Origin: an uncultured Bacilli bacterium
GTDB taxonomy: Bacteria > Bacillota_I > Bacilli_A > RFN20 > CAG-826
Reading direction: 5' to 3'
Length of the DNA stretch: 64,000 nucleotides
NCBI GenBank assembly: GCA_944327845.1
Contig: CALVHN010000003.1
Coordinates: 69,411-133,410 of the forward strand
Shown here: one piece after another, positions 20,412 to 30,969 of the stretch
How positions within the stretch are numbered: position 1 is the stretch's first letter
How the letters are laid out: each line of letters starts with the position of its first letter
Notes under the pieces: model-generated
What the model was told of the DNA's origin: nothing
Seen by the model: only the letters and a program-made list of their open reading frames with translations
Databases searched by the model: none
Program-made: the position numbers and the translations under genes

Positions 20412-23252
20412 ATGGCAATTAATGAGATTACGATTAAAGGCGCTAAAGAAAACAATTTGAAAAATGTTTCTTTAACATTACCAAAGAATAAATTAATAGT
20501 GTTCACAGGTTTATCAGGAAGTGGAAAATCTACTTTAGCTTTTGATACTATTTTTGCTGAAGGGCAAAGAAGATATGTTGAATCATTATCTTCTTATGCA
20601 AGGATGTTTTTAGGAAATTTTGATAAGCCAGATGTTGAAAGTATTGAGGGATTATCTCCAACTATTGCAATAGATCAAAAATCTGTGTCACATAATCCTA
20701 GATCTACAGTTGGAACTGTAACTGAGATTTATGATTATTTAAGATTGCTTTATGCTAGAATTGGCATACCTTATTGCCCAAACCATCACGAACCAATTGT
20801 TGCAGTAACTCTTCAGAAGATTACTTCAATTATTATGGAAAGAAATTTAAATGATAAGATACAAATTCTTGCACCTATCATTCGTAATGAAAAAGGAACT
20901 CATAAAGACACAATTGAAAAAATTAAAAAAGGCGGATTTACTCGATTAAGAATTGATGGAGAAAATTATTTAATTGAAGAAGTTCCATCTTTAGAAAAAA
21001 ATAAAAGACATAACATTGATATTGTTGTAGATAGAATTGTTTTAAAAGAAGACAGTAGAAGCAGAATTTATGAAGCATGTGAATTAGCAAGCGATTGGGC
21101 TTCTGGATATGTTTTAGTTTTAACAAGTGATGGAGAAAAACTTTATTCTGAACACAATTCGTGCCCAATTTGTGGATTTACAGTTCCTAAACTTGAGCAA
21201 CGTCTTTTTTCTTTTAATTCTCCTTTAGGTTGCTGTCCATCATGTAATGGACTCGGTATTAAAAAAGAAGTTGATATTGATTTATTAGTACCTGATAAAA
21301 CATTATCAATTGATCAAGGAGCAATTATCTACTTTAAAAATACTGTAGGAACTACTAATTTAGAGTGGCAAAATTTTAAAGCATTATTAGATCATTATAA
21401 TATAAGAACAGATGTCCCATTTAATACTTTATCTAAAGATGAAATAGATATAATAATGAACGGTTCGAGAGAACCGATTTATTATGAAATAACCTCGATT
21501 AGCGGGAATATTTCAAAAAAGAACGGGTATGCAGAAGGCTTAAAAGATAAGATTGAAAGAAGATACACTGAAACTACAAGTGAGTTTCAAAGAGAATATT
21601 ATGAAAAATTCTTAAAAGATAATGAATGTCAAACTTGTCATGGAGCAAGACTTAATAAAGAAGTTTTAGCAGTCAAAATTGATAATTTAAATATTTATGA
21701 GCTATGTTTATTACCTTTAAGCAAATTAAAAACATTTTTTAATGACCTTCCTAATAAATTAACTCCATATCAAAATGAAATATCTTCTCAAATAATTAAC
21801 GAAATTAAAAATCGTATTAAATTTTTAACTGATGTTGGGTTAGATTATCTTACACTTGCCCGTTTATCAATGACTTTATCTGGTGGAGAATCACAAAGAA
21901 TAAGATTAGCAACTCAAATTGGTTCTAAATTAAGTGGTATTTTATATGTTTTAGATGAACCTTCAATTGGATTGCATCAAAAAGATAGTGAAAAACTGAT
22001 TAAATCATTAAAAGAGATGCGAGATTTAGGCAACACTTTAATTGTTGTTGAACATGATGATGAAATGATAAAAAGTGCCGACTACATCGTAGATATTGGG
22101 CCAGGAGCTGGAGAACATGGTGGTGAAGTTGTAGCTTATGGAACACTCGAAGATATAAAAAATAATCCTCGTTCAATTACCGGACAATATTTAAGCGGAA
22201 AAAAAGAAATACCTATTCCAAGTATTAGAAATAAAGGAAATGGAAAATGGTTAGAAATTACTGGGTGTACTTTAAATAATTTAAAAAATGTTGATTTTAA
22301 AGTACCTTTAGGATGCTTTGTTTGTGTAACTGGAGTTAGTGGAAGTGGTAAATCTTCCTTAGTTAATGAAACCTTATATCAAGCTGTACATAAAATTATC
22401 GATAATGTTGATTGTTTTGTTGGACCATATAAAAAATTAAAGGGTGTAGAAAACGTTGATAAAATAATTAATATTTCTCAAGAACCTATTGGAAGAACGC
22501 CAAGAAGCAATCCAGCAACTTATGTAAAAGCTTTTGATGATATTCGTGATATCTTTGCTAATACAATTGAAGCTAAAGCACATGGTTTTAATAAAAGCAG
22601 ATTTTCTTTTAATATACCTGGCGGAAGATGTGAACATTGTTATGGTGCAGGAGTTAGTAGAATTCCTATGAATTTCTTACCTGACGTATATGTTAAATGT
22701 GATGAATGTGATGGAAAAAGATATAATGAAGAAACTTTAATGTGCACATATAAAGGCAAAAATATTTATGATGTTTTAGAAATGACAATTGAAGAAGCAT
22801 ATAGTTTTTTCAAAAATAATGTAGGTTTAGCAAGGAAATTAAAAACATTATGCGATGTTGGACTTGGATATGTAAAACTTGGACAACCAGCAACTACTTT
22901 ATCTGGTGGCGAAGCTCAAAGAGTTAAGCTAGCTTACTATCTTCAAAAGAAACCAACTGGAAAAACACTATATATTTTAGATGAACCAACCACAGGATTA
23001 CATGTTGATGATGTTTCAAGATTATTACAAGTTTTAGAATCGATTGTAAAAAATGGGGATTCAGTTTTAGTAATTGAACATAATCTAGATGTAATAAAGG
23101 TTGCAGATTATATTATTGATTTAGGACCTAATGGAGGAGATGGTGGAGGAGAAATTATTGCTACCGGCACTCCTGAAGAAGTAAGTAATAATCCTAAGTC
23201 ATATACAGGCGAGTATCTTAAAAAGATTCTTGCTAGAAAGGAGAAAAACTAA
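20412..23252 (+). CDS. uvrA: Excinuclease ABC subunit A
   Basis: Two ABC cassettes (GLSGSGKST, GVSGSGKSS), zinc-finger CxxC pairs and LSGGE signatures. Confidence 0.95.
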   Translation: MAINEITIKGAKENNLKNVSLTLPKNKLIVFTGLSGSGKSTLAFDTIFAEGQRRYVESLSSYARMFLGNFDKPDVESIEGLSPTIAIDQKSVSHNPRSTVGTVTEIYDYLRLLYARIGIPYCPNHHEPIVAVTLQKITSIIMERNLNDKIQILAPIIRNEKGTHKDTIEKIKKGGFTRLRIDGENYLIEEVPSLEKNKRHNIDIVVDRIVLKEDSRSRIYEACELASDWASGYVLVLTSDGEKLYSEHNSCPICGFTVPKLEQRLFSFNSPLGCCPSCNGLGIKKEVDIDLLVPDKTLSIDQGAIIYFKNTVGTTNLEWQNFKALLDHYNIRTDVPFNTLSKDEIDIIMNGSREPIYYEITSISGNISKKNGYAEGLKDKIERRYTETTSEFQREYYEKFLKDNECQTCHGARLNKEVLAVKIDNLNIYELCLLPLSKLKTFFNDLPNKLTPYQNEISSQIINEIKNRIKFLTDVGLDYLTLARLSMTLSGGESQRIRLATQIGSKLSGILYVLDEPSIGLHQKDSEKLIKSLKEMRDLGNTLIVVEHDDEMIKSADYIVDIGPGAGEHGGEVVAYGTLEDIKNNPRSITGQYLSGKKEIPIPSIRNKGNGKWLEITGCTLNNLKNVDFKVPLGCFVCVTGVSGSGKSSLVNETLYQAVHKIIDNVDCFVGPYKKLKGVENVDKIINISQEPIGRTPRSNPATYVKAFDDIRDIFANTIEAKAHGFNKSRFSFNIPGGRCEHCYGAGVSRIPMNFLPDVYVKCDECDGKRYNEETLMCTYKGKNIYDVLEMTIEEAYSFFKNNVGLARKLKTLCDVGLGYVKLGQPATTLSGGEAQRVKLAYYLQKKPTGKTLYILDEPTTGLHVDDVSRLLQVLESIVKNGDSVLVIEHNLDVIKVADYIIDLGPNGGDGGGEIIATGTPEEVSNNPKSYTGEYLKKILARKEKN

Positions 23253-24691
23253 TGAATTCTGGCTTATTTACAGTTTTACTTGCTGTGCTATTTACTTTTG
23301 GTGGAATAGGAATTTATTCTTATTTCCAATATAGTATAGTAAAAAAGCAAGATGTCTTAGAAAAGAAATTATTTTTTAAAAATTTTACTTTCGCTTCTAT
23401 AGGTTGGCTAAGCCTTATTATTGGGCTTATCTTATTTTGTGTTTCTTATTTTATAAGTGATGAAACAATAGACTATTTTACAAAAAACAACATTGTTTTT
23501 GATGGTGTACATGGAACAATGACTTATTTTGGAATAATATTGTTTTCCTTATTTTTATATATTTTAGCTACATCATTAATTTATATTTTATATATAAAAA
23601 GACTTGAAAATACTAAAGCAAGAAAATATTTAAAGTGGATTATGTGGATATCTATTCCACTTGTAATTTTATTTTTATTATTATTTGAGGAAGGAATAGC
23701 GCCGTTTTTACAATATCCGCTTGCGAATCAAATATTATTTTCTTCAAATGGAGTTGAATTAATTTATTCTGTTGGTAAATATCAAACCGAAGGCTTTTCA
23801 TTATCTATTGCTTTTTACGCTATCTTTATAATTTTAGGCGCTTGCTTAGTTTTATATATTTGTGATTATCAAATTTATAAAAAATATGGTGATCATGGTT
23901 TAATAACTGCATGTTTCTTTATTGCTTTTCCATGTGGAATCATTGGTGCCCGTGCTTGGTATGTAATTGGTGACTGGTATCGCTTTGCAGATAATCCAAT
24001 TTCTATGTTTTATATTTGGGATGGTGGTTTAGCAATTATGGGTGGAGCAATTTTTGGAGTAATTGCCGGTGTTACATTCATGATTATTCGTAAAATTTAT
24101 AATCCTAGATTTAAAAAAATTGATTATTTTTTATTAATTGATTTTATTGTTCCAACAATTTTAGTAGCTCAAGCTATTGGAAGAATTGGTAATTTTTTTA
24201 ATACTGAAGTTCATGGTGAAGCAGTTAGTATTGCTGCTTGGAGCTTTTTACCAACATTTATAAAGAATAATATGCATTATTCTTCTTCTGCGCCTGATTT
24301 AGGGCCTGATCAAATATATGTTCCTTTATTTTTAGTAGAAGCTATTGTTAACTTAGCTGGTTATTTTGTTATTGAATTTGGTATTAGACATTTATTTGGC
24401 ATAAATAAATTCCTAAAACATGATTATCACGCTAATGGTAGCTGTGTTGGATGGTATATTGCATGGTATGGTGCAACTCGTGCAATATTAGAACCTATGA
24501 GATATGGTGCTTATAATATGGGTGATGATGGAAATTGGTCAATAATTAGTGCTTATTGGATGATTGGTATAGGTTTATTTATTGTATTAATTTTCATTGT
24601 TTTAAAAGTACTTAAAGAAAAAGGAATTATTAAACTTCAATGGGATAAATATAATGAGGAAAATACTCATTCTGAGGAAATAAAACAATAA
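23252..24691 (+). CDS. lgt: Prolipoprotein diacylglyceryl transferase with an approximately 190-aa N-terminal multi-TM extension
   Basis: Lgt signature region CGIIGARAWYVIGDW...DGGLAIMGGAIFGV. ATG overlaps the uvrA stop (TAATG). Confidence 0.8.
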   Translation: MNSGLFTVLLAVLFTFGGIGIYSYFQYSIVKKQDVLEKKLFFKNFTFASIGWLSLIIGLILFCVSYFISDETIDYFTKNNIVFDGVHGTMTYFGIILFSLFLYILATSLIYILYIKRLENTKARKYLKWIMWISIPLVILFLLLFEEGIAPFLQYPLANQILFSSNGVELIYSVGKYQTEGFSLSIAFYAIFIILGACLVLYICDYQIYKKYGDHGLITACFFIAFPCGIIGARAWYVIGDWYRFADNPISMFYIWDGGLAIMGGAIFGVIAGVTFMIIRKIYNPRFKKIDYFLLIDFIVPTILVAQAIGRIGNFFNTEVHGEAVSIAAWSFLPTFIKNNMHYSSSAPDLGPDQIYVPLFLVEAIVNLAGYFVIEFGIRHLFGINKFLKHDYHANGSCVGWYIAWYGATRAILEPMRYGAYNMGDDGNWSIISAYWMIGIGLFIVLIFIVLKVLKEKGIIKLQWDKYNEENTHSEEIKQ

Positions 24692-24693
24692 TA

Positions 24694-25341
24694 ATGATCA
24701 AAGTTTTAATATTTGATATGGATGGGACTATCATCGATAGTGACCAAATTATTATAAATTCTCGGATAGAAATGATTCATTGCTTTAAAGAAAGTGATTA
24801 TAAAATTGATATTGAGAGATTGCGTTCTTATTCTGGACCTCCTGTTGAATATGCGATAAATGATCTTTTTCCTGAAAAAGATCATGATTTTATTTTAAAA
24901 GAATATCGAAAAAGAACAAAAAAATATTATGCCGACTTAAAGCTATTTGATAATGCTTTTGAGATAATTAATAAGCTTTATTTAGATGGATATAAACTTG
25001 CAATTGTTACATCTAAAAATAAAGAAATGTGTTTAAAAAGTTTAAAGAAATTTAATTTAGATAAATTATTTTCTTTTATTATTACTTGTGAAAGTGTTAA
25101 AAATCCAAAACCTAATCCTGAAGGAATGCTTAAAGTATTAGATTATTTTAAAATAAATTGTAATGAAGCAATTAGCATCGGCGATAGTGAATATGATTAT
25201 TTAGCAGCAAGAGGCGCAAATATTCCTTCAATTTTACTTACAATGTGCAAAAGAGTTTACAAAAATAAAATAAATCCTTTATCTTATATTAATAATTACT
25301 TGGATTTATATAGGGAGATTAAAAAATATGATAGTAAATAA
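24694..25341 (+). CDS. HAD-superfamily hydrolase (PpaX/phosphoglycolate-phosphatase-like)
   Basis: DMDGT motif I, TSK motif II and GDSEYD motif III; positioned after lgt as ppaX is in Bacillus. Confidence 0.65.
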   Translation: MIKVLIFDMDGTIIDSDQIIINSRIEMIHCFKESDYKIDIERLRSYSGPPVEYAINDLFPEKDHDFILKEYRKRTKKYYADLKLFDNAFEIINKLYLDGYKLAIVTSKNKEMCLKSLKKFNLDKLFSFIITCESVKNPKPNPEGMLKVLDYFKINCNEAISIGDSEYDYLAARGANIPSILLTMCKRVYKNKINPLSYINNYLDLYREIKKYDSK

Positions 25342-26242
25342 AGATGTTTTAATTATCGGAGCTGGTCCTGCAGGAATGAGTGCAGCAATATATTTATCAA
25401 GAAGCAAATATACTTTTTCTATCATTGATAAAAGTGCTGCAGGAGGAAAATTATTAATTACTACTCGTATTGATAATTATCCTGGAGTAAAGAGAATTAG
25501 TGGCTTTGATCTTGCAAATTTATTAGTCGACCAATTAAAGGATTTAAATATTAAAATAGAACACGATGAAATTATTGATTGTGAAAAAAATGATAAAGGA
25601 TTTTTCGTAAAAGGCAGAAACTCTGATTATCAAGTTAAAAAAATTATTATATCTACAGGTTCATCTAACAAAAAAACTGGTTTAAAAAATGAAGAAAATT
25701 TAATAGGGAAAGGAATTTCTTATTGTGCGGTTTGTGATGGGTTTTTCTATCGAAATAAGGAAGTAATGGTTTTTGCTAACGAAACAAAAGGTTATCTTGA
25801 AGCTTTATATTTAACTGATTTAGTAAAAACATTATATTTAGTTTCTGATAAAGATGAAGATGATTCATTAGAAAATTTAAAAATATTAAAAAATAAAGAT
25901 AATGTTATATTTTATCCTTATTATAAAATTGCAGATTTTATCGGTGATGAATATTTAACAGGTGTTAAAATTAAATCTTTAAAAGATGGAGAAATAAAAA
26001 CTCTTGAGGTAGAAGGTTGCTTTCCTTTTGAAGGAGATATTCCTATGAATTATTTTTTAAGAAAACTTAATGTTTCAACAGAAAAAGGTTACATTGTTAC
26101 AGATATTAATATGAAAACTAACGAAGAAGGGATATATGCAGCAGGTGACATTGTAAATAAATCTTTAAAACAAATTGTTACTGCTTGTAGTGATGGAGCT
26201 ATCGCTGCTACAAATGTAATAAAAAGTCTAAATTCAAAGTAA
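25328..26242 (+). CDS. trxB: Thioredoxin-disulfide reductase
   Basis: GAGPAG FAD motif, redox-active CAVCDG, second dinucleotide fold; about 300 aa. Confidence 0.8.
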   Translation: MIVNKDVLIIGAGPAGMSAAIYLSRSKYTFSIIDKSAAGGKLLITTRIDNYPGVKRISGFDLANLLVDQLKDLNIKIEHDEIIDCEKNDKGFFVKGRNSDYQVKKIIISTGSSNKKTGLKNEENLIGKGISYCAVCDGFFYRNKEVMVFANETKGYLEALYLTDLVKTLYLVSDKDEDDSLENLKILKNKDNVIFYPYYKIADFIGDEYLTGVKIKSLKDGEIKTLEVEGCFPFEGDIPMNYFLRKLNVSTEKGYIVTDINMKTNEEGIYAAGDIVNKSLKQIVTACSDGAIAATNVIKSLNSK

Positions 26243-26275
26243 AAACCTTGCAAAACTAATATATTTTATAAAAAT

Positions 26276-27229
26276 ATGAAAAATGATATATCTTTTACAG
26301 CTCAAATTAAAGAAGAAATTTCTACATTTTCTTTACAAAAAGATGAAGCAAGATCGTTAATTGCTGGTTTTTTAACAAACGCTGGAACCATATCATTTTT
26401 AAAAAATAAAAAGATAGTATTATCTTCAGAAAATTCAAATGTAATAAAGTTTATTTATAAATTATTAAAAGAATTTTATCCTGAGTTAGCTGTATCTTTT
26501 GGATTCAGAAAGCAAATGAAACTTTATAAAAATACAGAATTTTTAATAAATATATTAGAGAATTCCGAAGTTTTATTAAATGATATTGAGTATGATTTAT
26601 TAGAAAATAAAATTCCCTACTCCTTACAAAACTCTCAAACAAAAATTAGGGGTTATATTACAGGAGTATTCTTAGCGTGTGGAAGTTGTACTGATCCTAT
26701 CTCTACTAATTATCATTTTGAATTTAGATTAAAAGACAAGAATTATTCACAAGTATTTTTAAAGTTAATAAGTAAAATAAAATCCTATCACTTTGAATTT
26801 AAATTTATAGAAAGAAGAGGGAAAGCAATCATATATTTAAAAAAGAGTGAGCAAATCAGTAGTTTTTTGGCTTATTTGAATTGTGAAAATTCTTGCTTAA
26901 ATTTTGAAGATGTAAGAGTCGCTAGAGATATGTCTAATAGTGTTAATAGAATGTATAATTGTGATTTATATAATTATAGAAAAAGCTTGAATAATTCAAA
27001 AGAACTGTTAGAAAAAATTGATTTAATTGAGAAAAAAATAGGAAATTTAAAATATATAACCAATGATAAGCTTCGAGAGCTTTGTTTAATAAAGAAAGAA
27101 TATCCTGAAACTTCTTATGAAGAACTTGCCGAATTATTATCTAAAAAATTTGGTAAACCTATTTCAAAATCAAATGTTAATCATTTGGTAAGGAAAATTA
27201 AGGAGATTGCAAACAAATATGAACAATGA
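26276..27229 (+). CDS. whiA: DNA-binding protein WhiA
   Basis: 317 aa; LAGLIDADG-like N-domain fold pattern and a C-terminal HTH; conserved Firmicutes neighbourhood with trxB. Confidence 0.75.
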   Translation: MKNDISFTAQIKEEISTFSLQKDEARSLIAGFLTNAGTISFLKNKKIVLSSENSNVIKFIYKLLKEFYPELAVSFGFRKQMKLYKNTEFLINILENSEVLLNDIEYDLLENKIPYSLQNSQTKIRGYITGVFLACGSCTDPISTNYHFEFRLKDKNYSQVFLKLISKIKSYHFEFKFIERRGKAIIYLKKSEQISSFLAYLNCENSCLNFEDVRVARDMSNSVNRMYNCDLYNYRKSLNNSKELLEKIDLIEKKIGNLKYITNDKLRELCLIKKEYPETSYEELAELLSKKFGKPISKSNVNHLVRKIKEIANKYEQ

Positions 27230-27494
27230 TAATTTTATTAAAATAAATTATGAGTTTGGAAAAAGAGTACGTTTTTTAAGAGAACAAAGAAAATTAAGTC
27301 AAGAAGAGTTAGCACTTTTGTCTGATATTAACAAAAATTATTTATCAGATATTGAAAGAGGCGAAAGAAATCCAACCTTAGTTGTCATTAAAAAAATAGC
27401 AAATGGTTTAAATATTACCCTTGAAGAATTATTTAAAGGAATCGGTGGTAATAGTAAAAAATCATCAAAATTTAACAATTTGTTCAATAATTGA
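27207..27494 (+). CDS. XRE-family helix-turn-helix transcriptional regulator
   Basis: HTH_3 core LSQEELALLSDINKNYLSDIERGERNPTLVVIKKIANGL. Start may be the ATG at 27219. Overlaps the whiA 3' end. Confidence 0.7.
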   Translation: MQTNMNNDNFIKINYEFGKRVRFLREQRKLSQEELALLSDINKNYLSDIERGERNPTLVVIKKIANGLNITLEELFKGIGGNSKKSSKFNNLFNN

Positions 27495-27525
27495 CATAAT
27501 AACTTCAATTGTTTAATATTTAACT

Positions 27526-28602
27526 ATGAATTTCGTTGAAATTTTTAAAAAGTATAAACCTGCAATTTATATGTGCTTAACTATTGCTGTTGCTGGTTCT
27601 GTTGGTGGAGTTGGTGGTTGGTTTATGGGCAACTACTTTAAACCTGTCGTTTTAACCGAAGGTAATGAAATAACAATTGATGATGAGCTTTATAAAAATT
27701 TTGAGAATTTTGTAAAAAATAATGGAAATGATTTAAGTAGTATTGATTTAACAAACCAAAATGAGTTTTCAATACCTGAAATTGCAAGTATTGCTTTATA
27801 TAAGTTTTGTTATATTAATGATAATTCTACCTTTTATTCTTTTTGTAGAGCTGATTCATTAGGAATAAATGTCCAATATACAATAACTAGTTGGCAAAAA
27901 AGAGGAAGCAATTTTTTAAAGGAAGTTATTTCCGAATCTAGCTTTGTATATTTTGCAGATCGCATATACAATTTTAATAAAACAAGTGGAAAAACATATG
28001 AAAATCAATATGATACGTACCATGTAATTGGATCAGAAAATGTCCAAGTTGGTATTGATAAAAATGAAAATCCTAATGTCAATTATTCAAACGCGAAGGA
28101 AACTAAAAGGACAATTCAATCATTTATTAATCGTTTTGCTTTAAATCCTAATTATGTTTCAAATTATTTACTTAATAATGAGACAACTGACTTTGAAAAT
28201 GAGTTGAATTTTACTTCTACAATTAATAAAGATAAACACACATATAAAACAAATTTAGTTAAAAATGCTGATAATAGCTATACTTTAAGCCTTGCTTTAA
28301 ATAATAAAGCATGTGAATCTTATGCAAGATATATGCAAACAACTACTGAAGATTTTTCTATTGCAAAAATGAATGAACCACCAGATTTTGATAATGTCGG
28401 AATAAAATTTATTCTTGATGATGAATTAAATCTTATTAATGGAGAAGTCGATGAGAGTTATTTAGTTCATACAAATCTTGCTAACGCAAAGACAAGTGCA
28501 AGTTCTATTTACGTTTTTGATTCTTCTAATAACAATAAAATTCCAATTCTTGATGAGATGATTGATTATAGCTGTTTATTTTTAAACAGCAGCGGGGATT
28601 AA
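27526..28602 (+). CDS. Hypothetical membrane-anchored exported protein, N/Y/S-rich
   Basis: N-terminal signal-anchor TM (IYMCLTIAVAGSVGGVGGWF) followed by a polar region of about 320 aa; no family recognised. Confidence 0.45.
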   Translation: MNFVEIFKKYKPAIYMCLTIAVAGSVGGVGGWFMGNYFKPVVLTEGNEITIDDELYKNFENFVKNNGNDLSSIDLTNQNEFSIPEIASIALYKFCYINDNSTFYSFCRADSLGINVQYTITSWQKRGSNFLKEVISESSFVYFADRIYNFNKTSGKTYENQYDTYHVIGSENVQVGIDKNENPNVNYSNAKETKRTIQSFINRFALNPNYVSNYLLNNETTDFENELNFTSTINKDKHTYKTNLVKNADNSYTLSLALNNKACESYARYMQTTTEDFSIAKMNEPPDFDNVGIKFILDDELNLINGEVDESYLVHTNLANAKTSASSIYVFDSSNNNKIPILDEMIDYSCLFLNSSGD

Positions 28603-28604
28603 TT

Positions 28605-28700
28605 ATGAAAAGAATTAAAGGAATTTGGTATGTTTTAGCGGCTATTTTAGCCTTAGATGTCTTTTATTTAATCTTTTTCTTTGTTTTTTATTTTATTTAA
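28605..28700 (+). CDS. Candidate small hydrophobic peptide of 31 aa (MKRIKGIWYVLAAILALDVFYLIFFFVFYFI), absent from the ORF track
   Basis: ATG lies 2 nt after the upstream stop, with GGGGA 6 nt upstream. Single TM-like helix. The last 8 nt overlap the convergent cadA stop. Confidence 0.3.
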   Translation: MKRIKGIWYVLAAILALDVFYLIFFFVFYFI

Positions 28701-30612
28701 TTTTTATAGTTAATAATCTTAATGAATTTAAACTACATAAAACAGTAACACCAACATCTGCAAATATTGCTAACCACATAATTGATGAATCAATTCCAAA
28801 ATGGAGAAAGGAATTTAAAACTGAAAGAATTAAAATAAGAAGTTTAATTCCGATAGAAAATATAATATTTTGATAGACAATGTTATTTGTTCTTTTTGCA
28901 AGTCTTTTAGTAAAACTAATTCTTTTTAAATTATCGTCCATTATAACAATATTACTTACTTCAATTGCTGCATCGCTTCCAATTGAACCCATAGAAATTC
29001 CAATATCAGCCATAGCAAGAGAAGGAGAATCATTTATTCCATCTCCAACGAAAATAACTTTTTGTTTAGATTCTGCACAGATTTTTTCTAAAATTGTGAC
29101 TTTATCTAAAGGTAATAGCTCAGAATAAACGTGATCAATATTAGCTTCTTTTGCTATTTCATTTGCAATTAATTTATTGTCACCAGTTAACATATAAGTA
29201 GAGTTTATTCCAACATTTTTCATGTCTTTTATTGCTTCTTTACTTGTTTCTTTAATAACATCTTTTATTGTAATACAACCAAGATAGACATTATCGTATG
29301 CAATATAAATATTAGTTCCAATATTTTTTGTTTCTAAGAAATGTATATTATTTGAAACCATTAATTTTTTGTTTCCTGCAAGTAATACCTTATCTTTGTA
29401 GTAAGTTTTAACACCAAATCCAGGTATATCTTGATAATCTTTTAATAAACTTTGATCAATTTCTATATTTTTATATTTTTTAATAGCTAAAGCAATTGGA
29501 TGGTTTGAATGATATTCTGCATAAGAAGCTAATTTTATTAATTCATCACTTGAATAATTATTATTAGTTTCAATATTAGTTACCTCAAAATTACCTTTAG
29601 TGATTGTTCCAGTTTTATCAAAAACAATAGTATTAGCTTGATTAATTAATTCCAAATAATTTGAACCTTTAATTAATACTTTATTTTTACTTGCTTTTCC
29701 AATAGCAACAAAATAGGCCATTGGTACAGATAAAACTAATGCACAAGGACAGGAAATTACTAAAAATGAAGCACCTGTTCTAACCCATGAAATCCATACA
29801 TCAGGATCGTTTATCCCTATAAATAAAGGAGGAATAATAGTAAAAATTAAAGCAAGAATACATACAATTGGAGTATAAATTTTTGCAAATTTTGTAATAA
29901 ATTTTTCTGGTTTTGATTTATTAGATTCAACATTTTCTACAAGCTTTAAAATGTGAGCAACAGTTGAATTTTCATATTCTTTTTTAACTATTAATTTTAT
30001 AGGAGAAGTTAAATTAATAACTCCACTTAAAATTTCATCATTTTCTTTTTTATAAACAGGTACAGATTCACCATTCATTGAAGAATAATCAAAAGATGAA
30101 GAACCTTCTAAAATTACACCATCTAGAGGTACTCTTTCTCCTGGATTTATCAAAATAACATCATTTACTTTAATTTCTTCAGGCTTTTTACTTTCTGGAA
30201 CATTATTTACAAGTAACCTAACCATATTAGGTTTTAAATCCATGATTGCTTTAATAGAAGTTCTTGATTTATTAATAGCATAATCTTCAAAATATTCTCC
30301 AATTTGGAAGAAAACAATAACAGCTAAAGCTTCAACATATTCACCAATTAAAAAAGCAGCAATTGTTGCAATTAAAGTTAAAAATATTTCATTAAAAAAT
30401 TCTTTTTCTTTAAAAGATTCAATTAGCTCAAAGAATAAATCATATCCTACAAATATATAAGTAAGGAGGGATATTGGCAAAATTATCGATAAATCAATTG
30501 TGACAGTATTAAAAATTAGATTAGAACCTATAGTGTAGTGCAATATTAATAAAATTATTGTTATTGCGAATGAAATTGAAACTCTGAATACCTTAAAATT
30601 AAACTTTTTCAT
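28693..30612 (-). CDS. cadA: Heavy-metal (Cd/Zn/Co-type) translocating P1B-type ATPase without an N-terminal HMA domain
   Basis: CPC metal motif (SCPCALV), DKTGTIT phosphorylation site, GDGINDSPSLA hinge and TGES-like actuator. Confidence 0.88.
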   Translation of the reverse strand: MKKFNFKVFRVSISFAITIILLILHYTIGSNLIFNTVTIDLSIILPISLLTYIFVGYDLFFELIESFKEKEFFNEIFLTLIATIAAFLIGEYVEALAVIVFFQIGEYFEDYAINKSRTSIKAIMDLKPNMVRLLVNNVPESKKPEEIKVNDVILINPGERVPLDGVILEGSSSFDYSSMNGESVPVYKKENDEILSGVINLTSPIKLIVKKEYENSTVAHILKLVENVESNKSKPEKFITKFAKIYTPIVCILALIFTIIPPLFIGINDPDVWISWVRTGASFLVISCPCALVLSVPMAYFVAIGKASKNKVLIKGSNYLELINQANTIVFDKTGTITKGNFEVTNIETNNNYSSDELIKLASYAEYHSNHPIALAIKKYKNIEIDQSLLKDYQDIPGFGVKTYYKDKVLLAGNKKLMVSNNIHFLETKNIGTNIYIAYDNVYLGCITIKDVIKETSKEAIKDMKNVGINSTYMLTGDNKLIANEIAKEANIDHVYSELLPLDKVTILEKICAESKQKVIFVGDGINDSPSLAMADIGISMGSIGSDAAIEVSNIVIMDDNLKRISFTKRLAKRTNNIVYQNIIFSIGIKLLILILSVLNSFLHFGIDSSIMWLAIFADVGVTVLCSLNSLRLLTIKIK

Positions 30613-30619
30613 AATAAAA

Positions 30620-30955
30620 CTATTTCTCCTTTAAATGTTCTCTAGCGGTTTCAATAATTATTCTTACGTGATTATCCGATAAAGAATAAATTACGTTTTT
30701 CCCGACTCTTTTATATTTAACTAAATTATTGCTTTTTAAACATTGAAGTTGATGAGATATTGCTGATTTTGTCATATTTAAAACATTACACAAATCATTT
30801 ACACAAAGCTCTTTATTATCTAAAGCCCATAATAATTTTAGTCTTGTAGAATCACCAAAAATTTTGAAAAAGTCGCTAATTCTATATATTTCTTCATCTT
30901 TTAGCAATTCTTTTTTTGCTCTTTTTACTTCTTCTTCATTTAAAATTGAATCCAT
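30620..30955 (-). CDS. cadC: ArsR/SmtB-family metalloregulator (CadC-like)
   Basis: HTH region STRLKLLWAL...ELCVNDLCNVLNMTKSAISHQLQCL. Likely start is the ATG (MDSILNEEE) preceded by GAGGT; the tool's TTG at 30973 falls inside the promoter/operator. Confidence 0.75.
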   Translation of the reverse strand: MDSILNEEEVKRAKKELLKDEEIYRISDFFKIFGDSTRLKLLWALDNKELCVNDLCNVLNMTKSAISHQLQCLKSNNLVKYKRVGKNVIYSLSDNHVRIIIETAREHLKEK

Positions 30956-30969
30956 AATTCTTACCTCTG

